From NCBI GenBank assembly GCA_008632985.1, contig QPGO01000159.1:1-64000 (forward strand): a DNA stretch of 64,000 nucleotides, read 5' to 3'. This document shows, one piece after another, positions 62,308 through 64,000 of the stretch. Both the position numbers and the translations under genes were made by a program. Source of the DNA: Psammoneis japonica. Lineage: Eukaryota. How positions within the stretch are numbered: position 1 is the first letter of the stretch; each line of letters begins with the position of its first letter. Below the pieces are notes generated by a model. It was not told the DNA's origin. It was given only the letters and a program-made list of their open reading frames with translations, and did not search any database.

Positions 62308-64000
62308 TGACAGAAAATGAAGATGACTGGGTGGAAGAAAACAATGACTCCTTACTGCTGTCTAAATGGCAGATGAGTCTCCGTGCAGAGACCGTTACAG
62401 GAGCCGAAAGACTGGTGTCATGATATCGGTGCTGCTGTTATTATTCTTGTGAGCCGAGTGGCTCGAAAGCAAACTACATCGCGCGACGCTCGCGAAACTA
62501 AGAGCACACATAATTATGTGTGATAAACTAAAATCTTGTTCAAATCCTGTCAGTCCCCAGTTTGCTTGAGGGGTCAACAGCGATAGATTCGAAGTCGGAT
62601 TGGTTGAAAGCCTCGGGATTCAAGTTCCAAAACATTAGAGGACGAAGGAGGTTCCAGACTTGGGAAATGCTTGCTTAGGATGTCAGCCGGGTTGCGGGAG
62701 CCTTTGATGAAATGAAACTCAAGGAAACCGGAGACAATCGCCTCACGTACACAATGGAACGAGAGGGCAGTGTGTCGCTTGTGTAACTTGGAGTGCGGGA
62801 TGGTGGCACTATCCACAACTGACTTGTTGTCCCCGAACATGTAACATGTTTCACGAATGGGAACGCCAAGGTAACGTAAAGTGATGCGCAGATCAATGAT
62901 CTGCTCAATGCACGTCCTTGTGGCAACAAACTTGGATCCATACATGGCAGTCTCGACTGTTGCTTGTTTCTTAGAGAACCAATCAGCCGGAAACTTGTTG
63001 AGGAAATGGAGGATGCCGGTGATGGAGCGTCCAGTGAGCATGCAATGGAACAAGTTCGCATCAACGTAGTGTGTGGTGGTGACGAACTTGCCAAGCAGCT
63101 CAGGTGCATCTTGCGGGAGCAGCTCTTCTACCTCCTCATATACAGATTGAGCCCAGTCATACACGGGCTTAGGGAGGTCCGAATGGTCGGGCTCCTTGGT
63201 GTGCACTCAGAGGGCGCCATGACGCATCTTGGAGAGGAATCCGCAGATGCGTTTGGCACGGTCTAGGTGGCCTTGGCGGGGCGCTGCACGGAAGCTAGAC
63301 AGGGACATGACAGCCATAGTAATGTCAATGCGACCTAGAGACACGGCCCATTGCAGGGATCCAATCAAGGATTGGAATTGGTGGATGCCCTCCAGTTTGA
63401 GTAATTCGGAGGTGTCAAGCTCAGGGTGGTCACCCTTGTCAAGGGGGTGAAAGCATATCAGTGCGGGGCTTCTCCCCCAAAGAGGCGCGCATAATTGTCA
63501 ACCATGCGCTCAATGTACTTGCGGGGAGCAAGGCACAGGGTACCGTCTGGGTCACGGGTGAAGTCGCAGCCAAGATGGAACTCCAATGGTCCAGTGCCCT
63601 TGAGCTTGAACTTGTATTTCTCCATGAGGGTGTCTGCAAAAGCCTGGGGGTCCTTCATGGCAAAGGCTAGGTCGTCCACATACACTGCCACGTATTTGTA
63701 GTGGTCACCATTCCTGCGCAGCCAGATGTTGGGTTCGGCTTTGCACGGGAAGAAGCCTTCGGCACGCAAGCAATCGGCAAAGCGTTCATGCCATCTGAGG
63801 CCGGAGCTGCGGAGTCCATACAAGGCCTTGTGGATGACAAGGATGTGTCCTTCCAGCTCACCAAACTCGGGGCCTGCTACAATGTACAGTTTCTCCTTGG
63901 TCGTAGCTTCAAGACAGGAGGCATTCCCAATGTCAGTGGCCCAAGTCTCTAGTTCGTTGAGTTCGGCCAGAAAGATCATCATTCGCAGGCCATGGAGAGA
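62308..64000 (-). mobile_element. Copia-1, further copy: 3' LTR with RT and RNase H, runs off the window
   Basis: LTR 62308-62552 is the reverse complement of 30383-30627; ORFs 62574-63206 and 63458-63982 match 28930-30340. Confidence 0.95.

Noticed and set aside
1..64000. Classical RIP, ADAR editing or an alternative genetic code as the cause of Tyr loss
   Set aside because: The direction is opposite to RIP; both Cys and His outcomes and LTR-pair differences argue against RNA editing; sister copies differ site by site, so it is not a code change

Overview
Eukaryotic, repeat-saturated window with no intact host gene, RNA gene or CRISPR array. The Copia proteins resemble diatom CoDi-type elements, so a diatom or other stramenopile origin is inferred, not proven. 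Most of it resolves into nested transposons with matching target-site duplications (TSDs). A CRE/Ambal-like LINE (~7.1-32.7 kb) is split by a degenerate Gypsy (8371-14932), a Copia (16332-30627) and a 486-bp TRIM (31484-31969). That Copia carries a near full-length Gypsy in its 5' LTR (16505-21928) and a second degenerate Gypsy (23799-27065). A second Copia family (33957-48456, minus) is split by an ~8.9-kb Plavaka/CMC-like transposon with three extra genes (36584-45477). A TIR-bounded two-gene element with a P-element-type transposase follows (48645-53682), interrupted by a Harbinger-like insert. The right end holds decayed relics and another Copia copy. The strongest signal is a strand-symmetric TpA->TpG/CpA mutation process (Tyr->Cys/His) acting on integrated repeats on top of CpG decay, the reverse of fungal RIP. 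All alignments and counts were done by eye.
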